Part shown: piece by piece, positions 8,148-15,229 of the stretch | How the letters are laid out: each line of letters opens with the position of its first letter | Position numbering within the stretch: the first letter of the stretch is position 1 | UHGV virus genome: UHGV-0136597 | Length of the DNA: 16,082 bases | Source of the DNA: a virus | Direction: 5' to 3' (one strand) | Made by a program: the position numbers and the translations under genes | The notes under the pieces: generated by a model | Database searches by the model: none | Told to the model about the DNA's origin: nothing | The model's input: only the letters and a program-made list of their open reading frames with translations

Positions 8148-8671
8148 GCTGCCCTCCTGACGCCCTGCCCGATCGCCATCAATGCCGCTTTGGATACGGT
8201 AGTAAACATCCGTCGAGGACTGATGAACGGTCGCCAAATCAGCAGCATGGAACCTTTGCTGTTTCCCTTCTTCTCCAGCCCTGTCGATGGTTCGATAAAA
8301 TTAATCCGTCCATCAGTGATGATGCGAACTTCGTCAATACTCTCCAGAGCCTTGCTGAACCATCCGACAGACATATCCTCTGGCACAAGCATCACTACCG
8401 TCTGTCGCTGTTGTATGCACTGCTCAGCGGCTTTTTCCACCCACGGCCTGATATTGCTGTACGGTGGGTTATTCCAGATTGCACCGTGGCTTATCCACTC
8501 AGAATTTAGCGCGTCGTCGGCCTCAGTTAACCAGTGAGCGCACAGAGCATTTTTGTCGCTCGCTGCCGAATCCAGCCAGAATCCAAACTCAACATCCAGT
8601 GCATCAAAAAGCCAAAGCGGCGTTTGCCAGCAGTCCTTGTCGTGTGCTGGCGTATTTGATTTGATAGTCAT
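8144..8671 (-). CDS. Phage DNA N6-adenine methyltransferase (Dam-like)
   Basis: Start [26 protein letters not shown] (ATGA overlap with the ninB stop) and an NPPY catalytic motif ([10 protein letters not shown]). Not part of the lambda nin region. Confidence 0.8.
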   Translation of the reverse strand: MTIKSNTPAHDKDCWQTPLWLFDALDVEFGFWLDSAASDKNALCAHWLTEADDALNSEWISHGAIWNNPPYSNIRPWVEKAAEQCIQQRQTVVMLVPEDMSVGWFSKALESIDEVRIITDGRINFIEPSTGLEKKGNSKGSMLLIWRPFISPRRMFTTVSKAALMAIGQGVRRAA

Positions 8672-9114
8672 GCAGCCTTCCCTTTTCGTTGTGACCATTC
8701 ATACTCTCTCCGGGAGTCATCACTCCACCGCACGTTGCGCTCTGAGCCGAACCAAAACATGATTTCGATAAGCTCAGTCATGCTGGCCTTTCGCATTTTG
8801 CTGGTACGCACGCCAAGCATGACAACGCCACCATCGATACCAGGCACACTTCGTTGCTCCAGTTTTTTGGTCTTAAGCCACAGGGCAGTGAACAGGTCTT
8901 TCCAGTCTTCCGGCGCCAGCCGTTGACCATGCCATAGCACCTGACGGGAAACGTCCTGAAGCATCGGCCACATACGGTCGTTCTGCGCTTTGGTTCGCTT
9001 AGGTTCTTTGACGTGGACTTCGTGAGGTGACTTGTCGTCGATCGGAAGTGAGAGTATTGCGTCTATGGCGTTATTTCTGATTGCTTCGTTGCGAAGCATG
9101 TATATTTGCTTCAT
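8668..9114 (-). CDS. ninB: NinB (Orf-family recombination mediator)
   Basis: 148 aa with DVSRQVLWHGQRL and ERNVRWSDDSRREYEW segments paralleling lambda NinB (DVSRQVEWHGRWL, ERGVKWSDEARLALEW) as recalled. Confidence 0.85.
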   Translation of the reverse strand: MKQIYMLRNEAIRNNAIDAILSLPIDDKSPHEVHVKEPKRTKAQNDRMWPMLQDVSRQVLWHGQRLAPEDWKDLFTALWLKTKKLEQRSVPGIDGGVVMLGVRTSKMRKASMTELIEIMFWFGSERNVRWSDDSRREYEWSQRKGKAA

Positions 9115-9550
9115 CGAAATTCTTCTCTTTAATTCCAGCGGCTCTGATAGCTTTCATTACTACAATTACCGTTTTGTCACGCCCATCCATATAGCCCATC
9201 GCATAAGCGCCTTCTTCACCATCTTTCCAGAAGTCGTCATTCGACTCGGGCCAGTCGATATCCAGTTCAATAGCCGCTCGCGATGCCTGCCACGTTTGCC
9301 AGTGGCCTTGAACATCGTCCATCACGTATTGACCACCAATATTACCGCTGCCAATTTCATGGTGATTTTCAGGGTAACGGATAAGGTCTGAAGATTCGCC
9401 CCCACGTCGTAACCAACTCTCTTCAAACTGGCATCTGCTTTCGTCATCTTTCATAAGGCAGTCACATTCAATAAAAATCGGCTCTCCCCAAGGAGTAGAA
9501 CCTCCGCTATCACACATTCCTGTGTTATTGCACTTTTGGCACTTGCTCAC
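9071..9550 (-). CDS. Hypothetical Cys-rich acidic protein (ren slot)
   Basis: 159-aa ORF, GTG start with GGAGG SD. N-terminal CxxC...C...CxC cluster (CQKCNNTGMCDSGG...IECDC) suggests a zinc ribbon. Overlaps the ninB start by 44 nt. No family recognised. Confidence 0.5.
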   Translation of the reverse strand: MSKCQKCNNTGMCDSGGSTPWGEPIFIECDCLMKDDESRCQFEESWLRRGGESSDLIRYPENHHEIGSGNIGGQYVMDDVQGHWQTWQASRAAIELDIDWPESNDDFWKDGEEGAYAMGYMDGRDKTVIVVMKAIRAAGIKEKNFDEANIHASQRSNQK

Positions 9551-9562
9551 ATTAACCTCCGA

Positions 9563-9769
9563 TTAACTCACAAAACGCCACGCCATTTTTGCTACAGCGA
9601 CAGGCATAACACCGATAATCACCCAGACAAATGCAGCGCCAAACAACGTATACCATGGGTCTTTACCGTCATTCACAAGACGAATGTAGCTATGCAGAAC
9701 AATAAAAAACGTCATAAGAATCCATCCAACGCCAACGCATTTGAGTGCGACGAGCATAAACTTAACCAC
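9563..9769 (-). CDS. Hypothetical small membrane protein (2 predicted TM segments)
   Basis: 68-aa ORF, GTG start preceded by GGGGGAGAG SD (the same SD context that precedes ninB in lambda). Two hydrophobic stretches. Immediately downstream of the tR2-like terminator. Confidence 0.5.
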   Translation of the reverse strand: MVKFMLVALKCVGVGWILMTFFIVLHSYIRLVNDGKDPWYTLFGAAFVWVIIGVMPVAVAKMAWRFVS

Positions 9770-9783
9770 GATTTACTCTCCCC

Positions 9784-9816
9784 CAAATAAAAAGGCCTGC
9801 GATTACCAGCAGGCCT
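9784..9816 (-). terminator. Rho-independent terminator, lambda tR2-like
   Basis: On the minus strand, AGGCCTGC-TGGTAATC-GCAGGCCT followed by TTTTTATTT, about 30 nt after the primase-helicase stop. Matches lambda tR2 as I recall it. Confidence 0.75.
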
Positions 9817-9845
9817 GTTACAAGCTCAGTGATGTAGATGGTCAT

Positions 9846-11726
9846 TTAATACTCCGTCACGTTTTCCTGTCGCCACGCCTCGTCATATTCCGATTTCGGC
9901 ATATTGGCGATGTAGCTATATGGCGATCCTGATTCAAGTTGCAGGAACTGGTGCGATTGCTCGTCAAGGAACAACGGGACACCACCTTCCCAACCTTCGC
10001 CGTTACGTTGTTTTTCAAGCATCAAAACAGATGCCGGAGATGCCAGTAGCTGTTCGTCCTTCTCTGACATCTTTTCACCACTCTGAACTCTCTGTAACGC
10101 TCTCTCGCGAGCCTTGTTACGCCAGATGATGAAAAGGTTGTCTGTCAGGTCTGTTATCGCTCCAGAGCCTTTTACGTCCATTTTCCCGGTTGGTTTTTCT
10201 TCGCTGTCTCCTTTTCGCGAGTGAGTAACGAGAATGACGTGGGAGTTTGTTTTGTTTTTGAAGTCGCAAATCGAGTCAACAAACGCCTTCTGCCCGTTAT
10301 AGTCATCGTCGCCTATGCCACATTTCATCAGGCTGTCGATGATGAATAACTGGATCCCGTATCGGCGGCGAGCGTAGTCGAATATTTCGATCAGCCTGTC
10401 GGCTTTCGCCGTTCCGGTCAGACCAAACACCCAAAGTCTTTCGTCATAAAATTTAAATGCAGAGTCAATTTCCAGCACTGGCGGCATCTTGCAGCACGTC
10501 GCCTGACGGGTAAGGCGCTTAAGGAGAATACCAGGCTTCAGCTCAAGTGACGCGATGCACGTCTTCACACCCTGACGCATTGCCTCAAGTGCCATATGCC
10601 CGACAACCTCCGTTTTTCCGTGACCGTTCACACCATTGACCAGCGTCAACTCGGCCTCACGGAACTGGAATTTATCTGCCAGAGATTCCCACGGTGGATT
10701 AAACAGATACTGCTGCTTGCCGTAGAAAGCGTTGATAGTGTCCTGATAAAACTCTCGCGCGCTGTAGAGTTCTTCAGGGTCGAAGTAGGATGCCGTGCCG
10801 ATGTACTGCCAGATTTCATCCTCGGTAACACCGTTCATCAGGCATTCGTTGATGTCTTTGTACGGCAGAGTAACAAGACGGCAACGATGTTCACCGAGTC
10901 GGCTTGCGATTTCCCTTGCGGCTTCACGACCAACATCATCAACGTCCATCGAGATGAATATTTCCTCAAACCTGTCGAGGTTGTGATACTCAAACTCAAT
11001 CCACTGTTGCTTAGCGCCTTTCCCGCCACCAAACGGCACAGATAACGCCGAGATGCCGTATTGCGCATAGCTCATACAATCAATTTCGCCTTCGCAAAGT
11101 ACAACCGCCCTCACGCCAGCGTCCAGAGCCTGCCATCCGAACAGACAAGGTTCGCAATCACCTTCTGCCATAATGACTTTCTTCCCGTCCGGTCGCTCAG
11201 TGCTGATTCGCTTGACCTGCAACAACTCACCATCGCGTTTGTACGGAAGCACCAGTGCATCAAGTTCTCGTTCTCCATTCCACACCTTGCCGCTGACAAC
11301 CTCGTAGCGCTTTACGACTTCTGGCGATATGCCACGCGATTGCAGGTACTCAAGATGGGATTCTGTTCTGGTAACGTAGCGGGCGATTTTCTTGCGGTCA
11401 GGTCTGGAGAATTTCTTCTCACGTTTGGCATCGAAATGGTGATCGTCATCCTTGATTCCGAGAAAGGCTTTCGCTTCCTGCATAGCCTGATGCAGGTTAA
11501 TTCCACGACATGCCATCCACAAATCAAGCATGTCACCGCCGTCTCCCTCAGCGAAATCAGCCCATTTTTTCTTGCCGCTAAGGTTGACCTTAAGGCTGTT
11601 TCCCTTGTCACCGTTAACGTTACCGGCAACCCACTCATGCCCCTCTTTCTTGCCGTTTGGCAACAGGTGCGGAGCCACCCTGTCAACCTGCGCCCAAAGC
11701 AGGTCGCTAAGTTCACTTGGCGTCAT
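9846..11726 (-). CDS. Bifunctional DNA primase/helicase (TOPRIM primase domain plus T7 gp4-like helicase domain)
   Basis: 626 aa with a TOPRIM-like acidic cluster (VVLCEGEIDCMSYAQ), Walker A (NGVNGHGKT), Walker B (LFIIDSLMKCG) and a C-terminal GSGAITDLTDNLFIIWRN segment resembling T7 gp4 helicase. Occupies the position of lambda P. Confidence 0.85.
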   Translation of the reverse strand: MTPSELSDLLWAQVDRVAPHLLPNGKKEGHEWVAGNVNGDKGNSLKVNLSGKKKWADFAEGDGGDMLDLWMACRGINLHQAMQEAKAFLGIKDDDHHFDAKREKKFSRPDRKKIARYVTRTESHLEYLQSRGISPEVVKRYEVVSGKVWNGERELDALVLPYKRDGELLQVKRISTERPDGKKVIMAEGDCEPCLFGWQALDAGVRAVVLCEGEIDCMSYAQYGISALSVPFGGGKGAKQQWIEFEYHNLDRFEEIFISMDVDDVGREAAREIASRLGEHRCRLVTLPYKDINECLMNGVTEDEIWQYIGTASYFDPEELYSAREFYQDTINAFYGKQQYLFNPPWESLADKFQFREAELTLVNGVNGHGKTEVVGHMALEAMRQGVKTCIASLELKPGILLKRLTRQATCCKMPPVLEIDSAFKFYDERLWVFGLTGTAKADRLIEIFDYARRRYGIQLFIIDSLMKCGIGDDDYNGQKAFVDSICDFKNKTNSHVILVTHSRKGDSEEKPTGKMDVKGSGAITDLTDNLFIIWRNKARERALQRVQSGEKMSEKDEQLLASPASVLMLEKQRNGEGWEGGVPLFLDEQSHQFLQLESGSPYSYIANMPKSEYDEAWRQENVTEY

Positions 11727-11830
11727 GATTCCCTCAGATTGAGATTTTTAAACCAGAAATCGACAAACGAAATACTTAACCAGCCGTGGTTATAACCAGC
11801 GACCAGTAGCGATTTGATTTTTGATTTCAT
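11723..11830 (-). CDS. Small coupled ORF (35 aa) between the O-like gene and the primase-helicase
   Basis: ATG 3 nt after the O-like stop, with GGTGA SD; TGA overlaps the helicase ATG (ATGA). Hand-translated MKSKIKSLLVAGYNHGWLSISFVDFWFKNLNLRES. Below the ORF-track size cutoff. Confidence 0.3.
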   Translation of the reverse strand: MKSKIKSLLVAGYNHGWLSISFVDFWFKNLNLRES

Positions 11831-11833
11831 GGT

Positions 11834-12694
11834 TCACCTGTCGAAAAACACGTAGCCAGTTTTCGATACGGTGATTGCGGATGATGGTTTGGATTGTGGT
11901 TGAATAGTTTCTGGCTTCTCGTCGTTCCAGCGTTGACCGTTCAGGTAGCTCGATGGTAACAACCTGTCGAATCCGAACTGCTTACCATTCCTGCATGCGA
12001 TGTCTTCTGCCAGCATCGTGGCAAACTCGCTTGCCGTACCCCTGGTAGTTTTACGCCATTCCCTGAACTGTGTTCTGAATGCCGAAGCTGCGTTTTTCTT
12101 CCCGGCCTTCCGCATGCCTGCACACCAGAATATTTCCTCGAATGCCTTGTCGGTTTCTTCGTGACGGTCAGGTGATTTTTCACACTCCGTCCGAACACTT
12201 TCGGACATAGTGTTTTTATTATTACTTTTTTCTTTTGTAATAGTTTCTTTTGTGTGTCCCTGTTTTGGTGACAGCGCTGTCACCGTTTTGGTGACACTTT
12301 TTGTCACCAATGCAGTGACATTATCACCAGAGTAGTGACACCCTTCGATTTGCCATTCCTCGATGTTCTTGTTAGGCCCGATTTGCTGGCCTTCGCGAAG
12401 GATAACCTTCATCGCGATAAGCTCATTCTTGGCCTTGTTTACCTTCTGTCTTGGCAGCCTGGTAATTTGAGCTAACTGACTATCAGAGATGCGATCCATC
12501 TTTTTACCGTAGCCGTATGTTTTACGGCATATGGCGTGGGCAACCTTGCTCTGATTTTTCGTTAAATCTGCGCCGATAAGCTCTTCATACAGGGCATTTG
12601 CAAGACGGGTATAACCATCTTCAACTTCTGCCACACGACGCTCCACAGGCCGTTGTGAAGGCCTTAAATGTGTTACGGTTGCAAGATTACTCAT
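11834..12694 (-). CDS. O: Replication initiator, lambda O-like N-terminal domain, with the origin inside the gene
   Basis: N-terminal region ([54 protein letters not shown]...[11 protein letters not shown]) parallels lambda O as recalled. Iterons and an AT-rich block lie within the central coding region. C-terminal domain is not lambda-like. Confidence 0.85.
   Translation of the reverse strand: MSNLATVTHLRPSQRPVERRVAEVEDGYTRLANALYEELIGADLTKNQSKVAHAICRKTYGYGKKMDRISDSQLAQITRLPRQKVNKAKNELIAMKVILREGQQIGPNKNIEEWQIEGCHYSGDNVTALVTKSVTKTVTALSPKQGHTKETITKEKSNNKNTMSESVRTECEKSPDRHEETDKAFEEIFWCAGMRKAGKKNAASAFRTQFREWRKTTRGTASEFATMLAEDIACRNGKQFGFDRLLPSSYLNGQRWNDEKPETIQPQSKPSSAITVSKTGYVFFDR
12210..12340. 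repeat. Origin of replication: about four 19-20 bp palindromic iterons (TGTCACC-N6-GTGACA type) plus adjacent AT-rich block
   Basis: Iteron copies at about 12256-12272, 12278-12296, 12302-12320 and 12321-12340, flanked at 12210-12258 by a T/A-rich stretch, all inside the O-like ORF. Same architecture as lambda ori. Confidence 0.6.
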
Positions 12695-12833
12695 GACCTT
12701 TCTCCTTCTGCATCAGCTTCACTTTTTCCAACTCAGCCCGGAATCGACCAGGCTGCTTGAAGCTGGACAGGAAGCGATCACGTAGTATGTGTTTGTGAAT
12801 TTTGTCCTGGTAAGGACTGAGTTGTTTTGTCAT
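12687..12833 (-). CDS. Small basic ORF (48 aa) between cII and the O-like gene
   Basis: ATG with GGGAG SD 6 nt upstream; last codons overlap the O-like ATG. Hand-translated [48 protein letters not shown]. No motif recognised. Confidence 0.4.
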   Translation of the reverse strand: MTKQLSPYQDKIHKHILRDRFLSSFKQPGRFRAELEKVKLMQKEKGHE

Positions 12834-12867
12834 AATTACTCCCGTGGATTGATCCAGTCTTTCTACA

Positions 12868-13146
12868 TTAGGCCTCGAAGAATTCGCCGTTCTTCGGGGC
12901 TTTTTCTTTTGTCAGCATTCTGGCTACTTTCTTAGCCAGTTCCGCCAACTCCTCGTCTTCAACACCCCATTCAAGAACAGCCAGAAGCATTCCCATTTTT
13001 GGGATGAAGCTGTCTTTCCATCGCGAAATTTGCGATTCATTGATCCCTAATGCATCAGCAACCTTTCGCTGACCACGTACAGCAATTCGATTTAGGATGT
13101 TGCTTGTAATTGCATTCGCTTTCTTGCGAGTACTTGTAAGTTGCAT
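12868..13146 (-). CDS. cII: Transcriptional activator CII
   Basis: 92 aa from the internal ATG (MQLTSTRKK...), which carries the lambda-like cII translation-initiation context (AAGGAAATACTTACATATG). Contains QISRWK...[13 protein letters not shown], matching lambda CII. The 121-aa ORF-track version would run through nutR and is rejected. Confidence 0.85.
   Translation of the reverse strand: MQLTSTRKKANAITSNILNRIAVRGQRKVADALGINESQISRWKDSFIPKMGMLLAVLEWGVEDEELAELAKKVARMLTKEKAPKNGEFFEA
12873..12910 (+). terminator. Plus-strand rho-independent terminator overlapping the cII 3' end (oop-like antisense RNA terminator)
   Basis: CCTCGAAGAA-TTCGCCG-TTCTTCGGGG (10-bp stem) followed by CTTTTTCTTTT, antisense to the last cII codons, in the position of the lambda oop terminator. 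Promoter not confidently located. Confidence 0.55.
13100..13113 (+). promoter_or_regulatory. Candidate CII-binding site (TTGC-N6-TTGC) of a pRE-like promoter directed toward cI
   Basis: TTGCTTGTAATTGC on the plus strand inside the cII N-terminal coding region, oriented to transcribe antisense through cro toward cI, as for lambda pRE. Confidence 0.35.
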
Positions 13147-13203
13147 ATGTAAGTATTTCCTTAACAAATAAGAAGTTATGCGCACCAACTGATGCGCGTT
13201 GTA

Positions 13204-13248
13204 TTCCCGCATTTCGGCGGGAATAAGGACCATGACTGTTAAAGAGCG
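13204..13248 (-). promoter_or_regulatory. nutR (boxA plus boxB) between cro and cII
   Basis: Minus strand reads CGCTCTTTAACA (boxA consensus), then a spacer, then the hairpin TTCCCGC-CGAAAT-GCGGGAA (boxB). The same boxB hairpin recurs in nutL. Confidence 0.55.
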
Positions 13249-13254
13249 GTGTTA

Positions 13255-13449
13255 CTATTTGTTTTTCTTGTTGCTTGGGAAAGGACGAACTTCCTCTCCA
13301 ATCACACTGCCATCAGGCTTTACCGTAACCATAATGTTACGGCCTGCCAGAATGGCCTTGCTGATAGCGCACTGGATTACACCAAAGTCACTGGCTGCTT
13401 TAGCCTGTCCATGGATTTTGGCGTAATCGGCAAGTGTCATTCGAATCAT
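13255..13449 (-). CDS. cro: Cro repressor
   Basis: 64 aa from the third Met ([33 protein letters not shown]...SNKKNK), paralleling lambda Cro. GGAGAG SD is correctly spaced for this ATG. Confidence 0.85.
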   Translation of the reverse strand: MIRMTLADYAKIHGQAKAASDFGVIQCAISKAILAGRNIMVTVKPDGSVIGEEVRPFPSNKKNK

Positions 13450-13480
13450 ATGCACTCTCCGTTATTAACCATGAACAAAG

Positions 13481-13544
13481 AATACTACAGGTATTCAAAG
13501 CAATCAATACTCAGGGTATTTTTAGTTTAAGTACCTTAGCTATT
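13481..13544. promoter_or_regulatory. Right operator OR: three 15-bp dyad sites (AATAC-N5-GTATT) overlapping divergent PR and PRM
   Basis: AATACTACAGGTATT (13481-13495), AATACTCAGGGTATT (13506-13520) and the degenerate AGTACCTTAGCTATT (13530-13544), spaced 24-25 bp start to start. Candidate PR is TTGATT-17-TATTCT on the minus strand. cI ATG sits about 12 nt past the last site, suggesting a near-leaderless PRM transcript. Confidence 0.6.
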
Positions 13545-13555
13545 AGAATTAAGCT

Positions 13556-14272
13556 ATGGAAAATAAAAAATCACTGACGACAGAACAGCTCGAAGACGCT
13601 AAGCGGCTTAAGGCTTTGTATGAGTCAAAAAAGAAAGAATTGGGAATAACCCAATACTCAATCGCTGATGAACTGGGTATCACCCAAGGAGCGGTAGGGC
13701 ATTATCTTAATGGCAGAAACGCGCTAAACGTTGAGGTTGCATCTGGTTTTGCACGATTGTTGCAAGTCTCAATTGCTGATTTTAGCCAGTCAATTGCTGC
13801 CAAGGTTGCAGAACAGGCAGAAAGCCTTAAGAGCGATGCCAACGTAAGGTATGCAGGGGAATACAGAGCAGGAAAGAGGTATCCGGTGTTAAGCAGTATC
13901 CAGGCTGGCTCGTGGTGTGAAGCATGCGAACCATACACCATTAAAGACATAGATGTTTGGCTTGAGTCTGACGCGCATATTCAAGGTAATGCGTTTTGGC
14001 TTAAAGTGGAAGGTGATTCAATGACGGCACCGGTTGGGTTAAGCATTCCAGAGGGAACATTCGTTCTTTTCGATACCGGAAGGGAGGCGATCAACGGCAG
14101 CTTGGTCATAGCAAAACTTTCTGACTCTAACGAAGCAACATTCAAGAAGCTGATAATCGACGGCGGAAATAAATACCTCAAGGGACTTAATCCTGCATGG
14201 CCTCTCGTGCCAATCAATGGAAACTGCAAGATTATAGGCGTTGCAATTGAGACAAAACTAAGGCTGGTTTGA
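13556..14272 (+). CDS. cI: CI prophage repressor (HTH N-terminal domain plus S24/LexA-like autopeptidase C-terminal domain)
   Basis: 238 aa with an HTH segment (ITQYSIADELGITQGAVGHYLNG) and a C-terminal domain (FWLKVEGDSMTAPVGLSIPEGTFVLF...ATFKKLIIDGGNKYLKGLNPAWP) resembling the P22 c2 / lambda cI cleavage domain. Divergent from cro across the operators. Confidence 0.9.
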   Translation: MENKKSLTTEQLEDAKRLKALYESKKKELGITQYSIADELGITQGAVGHYLNGRNALNVEVASGFARLLQVSIADFSQSIAAKVAEQAESLKSDANVRYAGEYRAGKRYPVLSSIQAGSWCEACEPYTIKDIDVWLESDAHIQGNAFWLKVEGDSMTAPVGLSIPEGTFVLFDTGREAINGSLVIAKLSDSNEATFKKLIIDGGNKYLKGLNPAWPLVPINGNCKIIGVAIETKLRLV

Positions 14273-14289
14273 TCACGCAAGGGGCGATT

Positions 14290-14658
14290 ATGGTTGGAAC
14301 CGCTATAGCAAGCTTTTTTGGGATGTTGGCAATCTCGACAATTTACGTCTTAGCGCATGCTTTTATTGCGAAATCTCTATCAGAAAAAATAAGCCAGGCT
14401 TGGGCGCATAGATCAGCTCGTTTCATGATTCTTGTGATCATAGCAATACAAGGGATATCTGCATTTATCCTCTATGGATCAAGCTTATACCTATTGTATC
14501 AAGGCGCGACATTTACGCCTTACACCAGTGATTACGGAACTCTATACGATGGTAGTGAAGACATCACTGTGGCTTGGATCGTCTTTGGTTTATCTATGGC
14601 CGTGTCTGTTGTAGCAGACATCATTAAGGTAATTCTCGTCTTAACCTTCGCTGACTAA
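14290..14658 (+). CDS. Hypothetical 3-TM membrane protein co-directional with cI (rexAB-slot accessory gene)
   Basis: ATG 17 nt after the cI stop with AAGGGG SD (the ORF-track TTG start at 14269 is rejected). 122 aa with three long hydrophobic segments. No family recognised. Confidence 0.6.
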   Translation: MVGTAIASFFGMLAISTIYVLAHAFIAKSLSEKISQAWAHRSARFMILVIIAIQGISAFILYGSSLYLLYQGATFTPYTSDYGTLYDGSEDITVAWIVFGLSMAVSVVADIIKVILVLTFAD

Positions 14659-14744
14659 CCCATAATCCCGGCAGCAATAGCTATCGGGATCCACTTCACA
14701 TATCCCGCATAAAAATCACTGAACAAGCAGACAGCGAAAAAATA

Positions 14745-14829
14745 AATATCCTTTGTATTCATTTGTTTATCATTATTTCATCAAAAATAAATACCTTGGG
14801 TATTTACACAATAAAATACCTACAGTATT
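14745..14829. promoter_or_regulatory. Left operator OL: three 15-bp dyad sites of the OR type, with candidate PL directed at N
   Basis: AATATCCTTTGTATT (14745-14759), AATACCTTGGGTATT (14790-14804) and AATACCTACAGTATT (14815-14829). Candidate PL is TTTACA-17-TATTCT on the plus strand overlapping the last two sites. Confidence 0.55.
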
Positions 14830-14876
14830 CTTTAGCCATCAGCAGGACGCTGGAAGCCAAACGGAACAGATTGGCA

Positions 14877-14918
14877 GGCTCTTTAACATTGATGGGATTG
14901 TCCCGCCGAAATGCGGGA
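14877..14918 (+). promoter_or_regulatory. nutL (boxA plus boxB) in the PL leader
   Basis: GGCTCTTTAACA (boxA-like), then a spacer, then hairpin TCCCGC-CGAAAT-GCGGGA, identical in stem and loop to the nutR boxB. Confidence 0.55.
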
Positions 14919-15229
14919 ACCAAAGAGTAGTTGGCTTTGGGGTGGCGTGAAGTGCAGCTGCACGACGGCAACCGGAAGATAAGCACCCGGCGCGTCACCG
15001 CCAAAGTCAATTCCATAGGCGAAATGCAGCCGCCAAACATAGCCAATGCTGCACATGCAACAGGAGGATTTATGTGAATGCATAACTTCAAAACCGAGGT
15101 TAATTAAATCTCTCGATCCGAGCATTGACCTATTAGGTGGCGAGATGCTCTTTCTGCCCCTCAGTTCGAGGGGCCAGAAACCACTTTGCAATCACTATCA
15201 ATTCCAAAGTTGTTTCATCGGAGGTCAAC

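Noticed and set aside
7956-8537. 193-aa plus-strand ORF across ninE and the methyltransferase
   Set aside because: Antisense to two tightly coupled, well-supported genes; low-complexity Ser/Leu-rich translation; no SD. Judged a shadow ORF.
10596-11795. Plus-strand ORFs of 149 and 244 aa, and several shorter ORFs on both strands, inside the primase-helicase gene
   Set aside because: They overlap the 626-aa helicase frame, which has clear catalytic motifs; no independent support.
11941-12198. 85-aa minus-strand ORF inside the O-like gene
   Set aside because: An alternative frame within the O-like gene, with an Arg/Ser-rich translation and no SD; the O frame has family support.
12256-12340. 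Short tandem repeats that could be taken for a CRISPR array
   Set aside because: Only about four imperfect, internally palindromic 19-bp units with irregular 1-5 bp gaps, inside the O-like coding sequence and next to an AT-rich block; this is a replication-origin iteron array.
13702-14280. Minus-strand ORFs (82 and 99 aa) inside cI
   Set aside because: Antisense to the well-supported repressor gene; no SD or motif.
14665-14707. Alternating ATCCCG / CGGGAT / ATCCCG repeats after the cI-linked gene, which can form two mutually exclusive hairpins (attenuator-like)
   Set aside because: No U-tract after either hairpin and only 6-bp stems; could be chance. Not called as a terminator.
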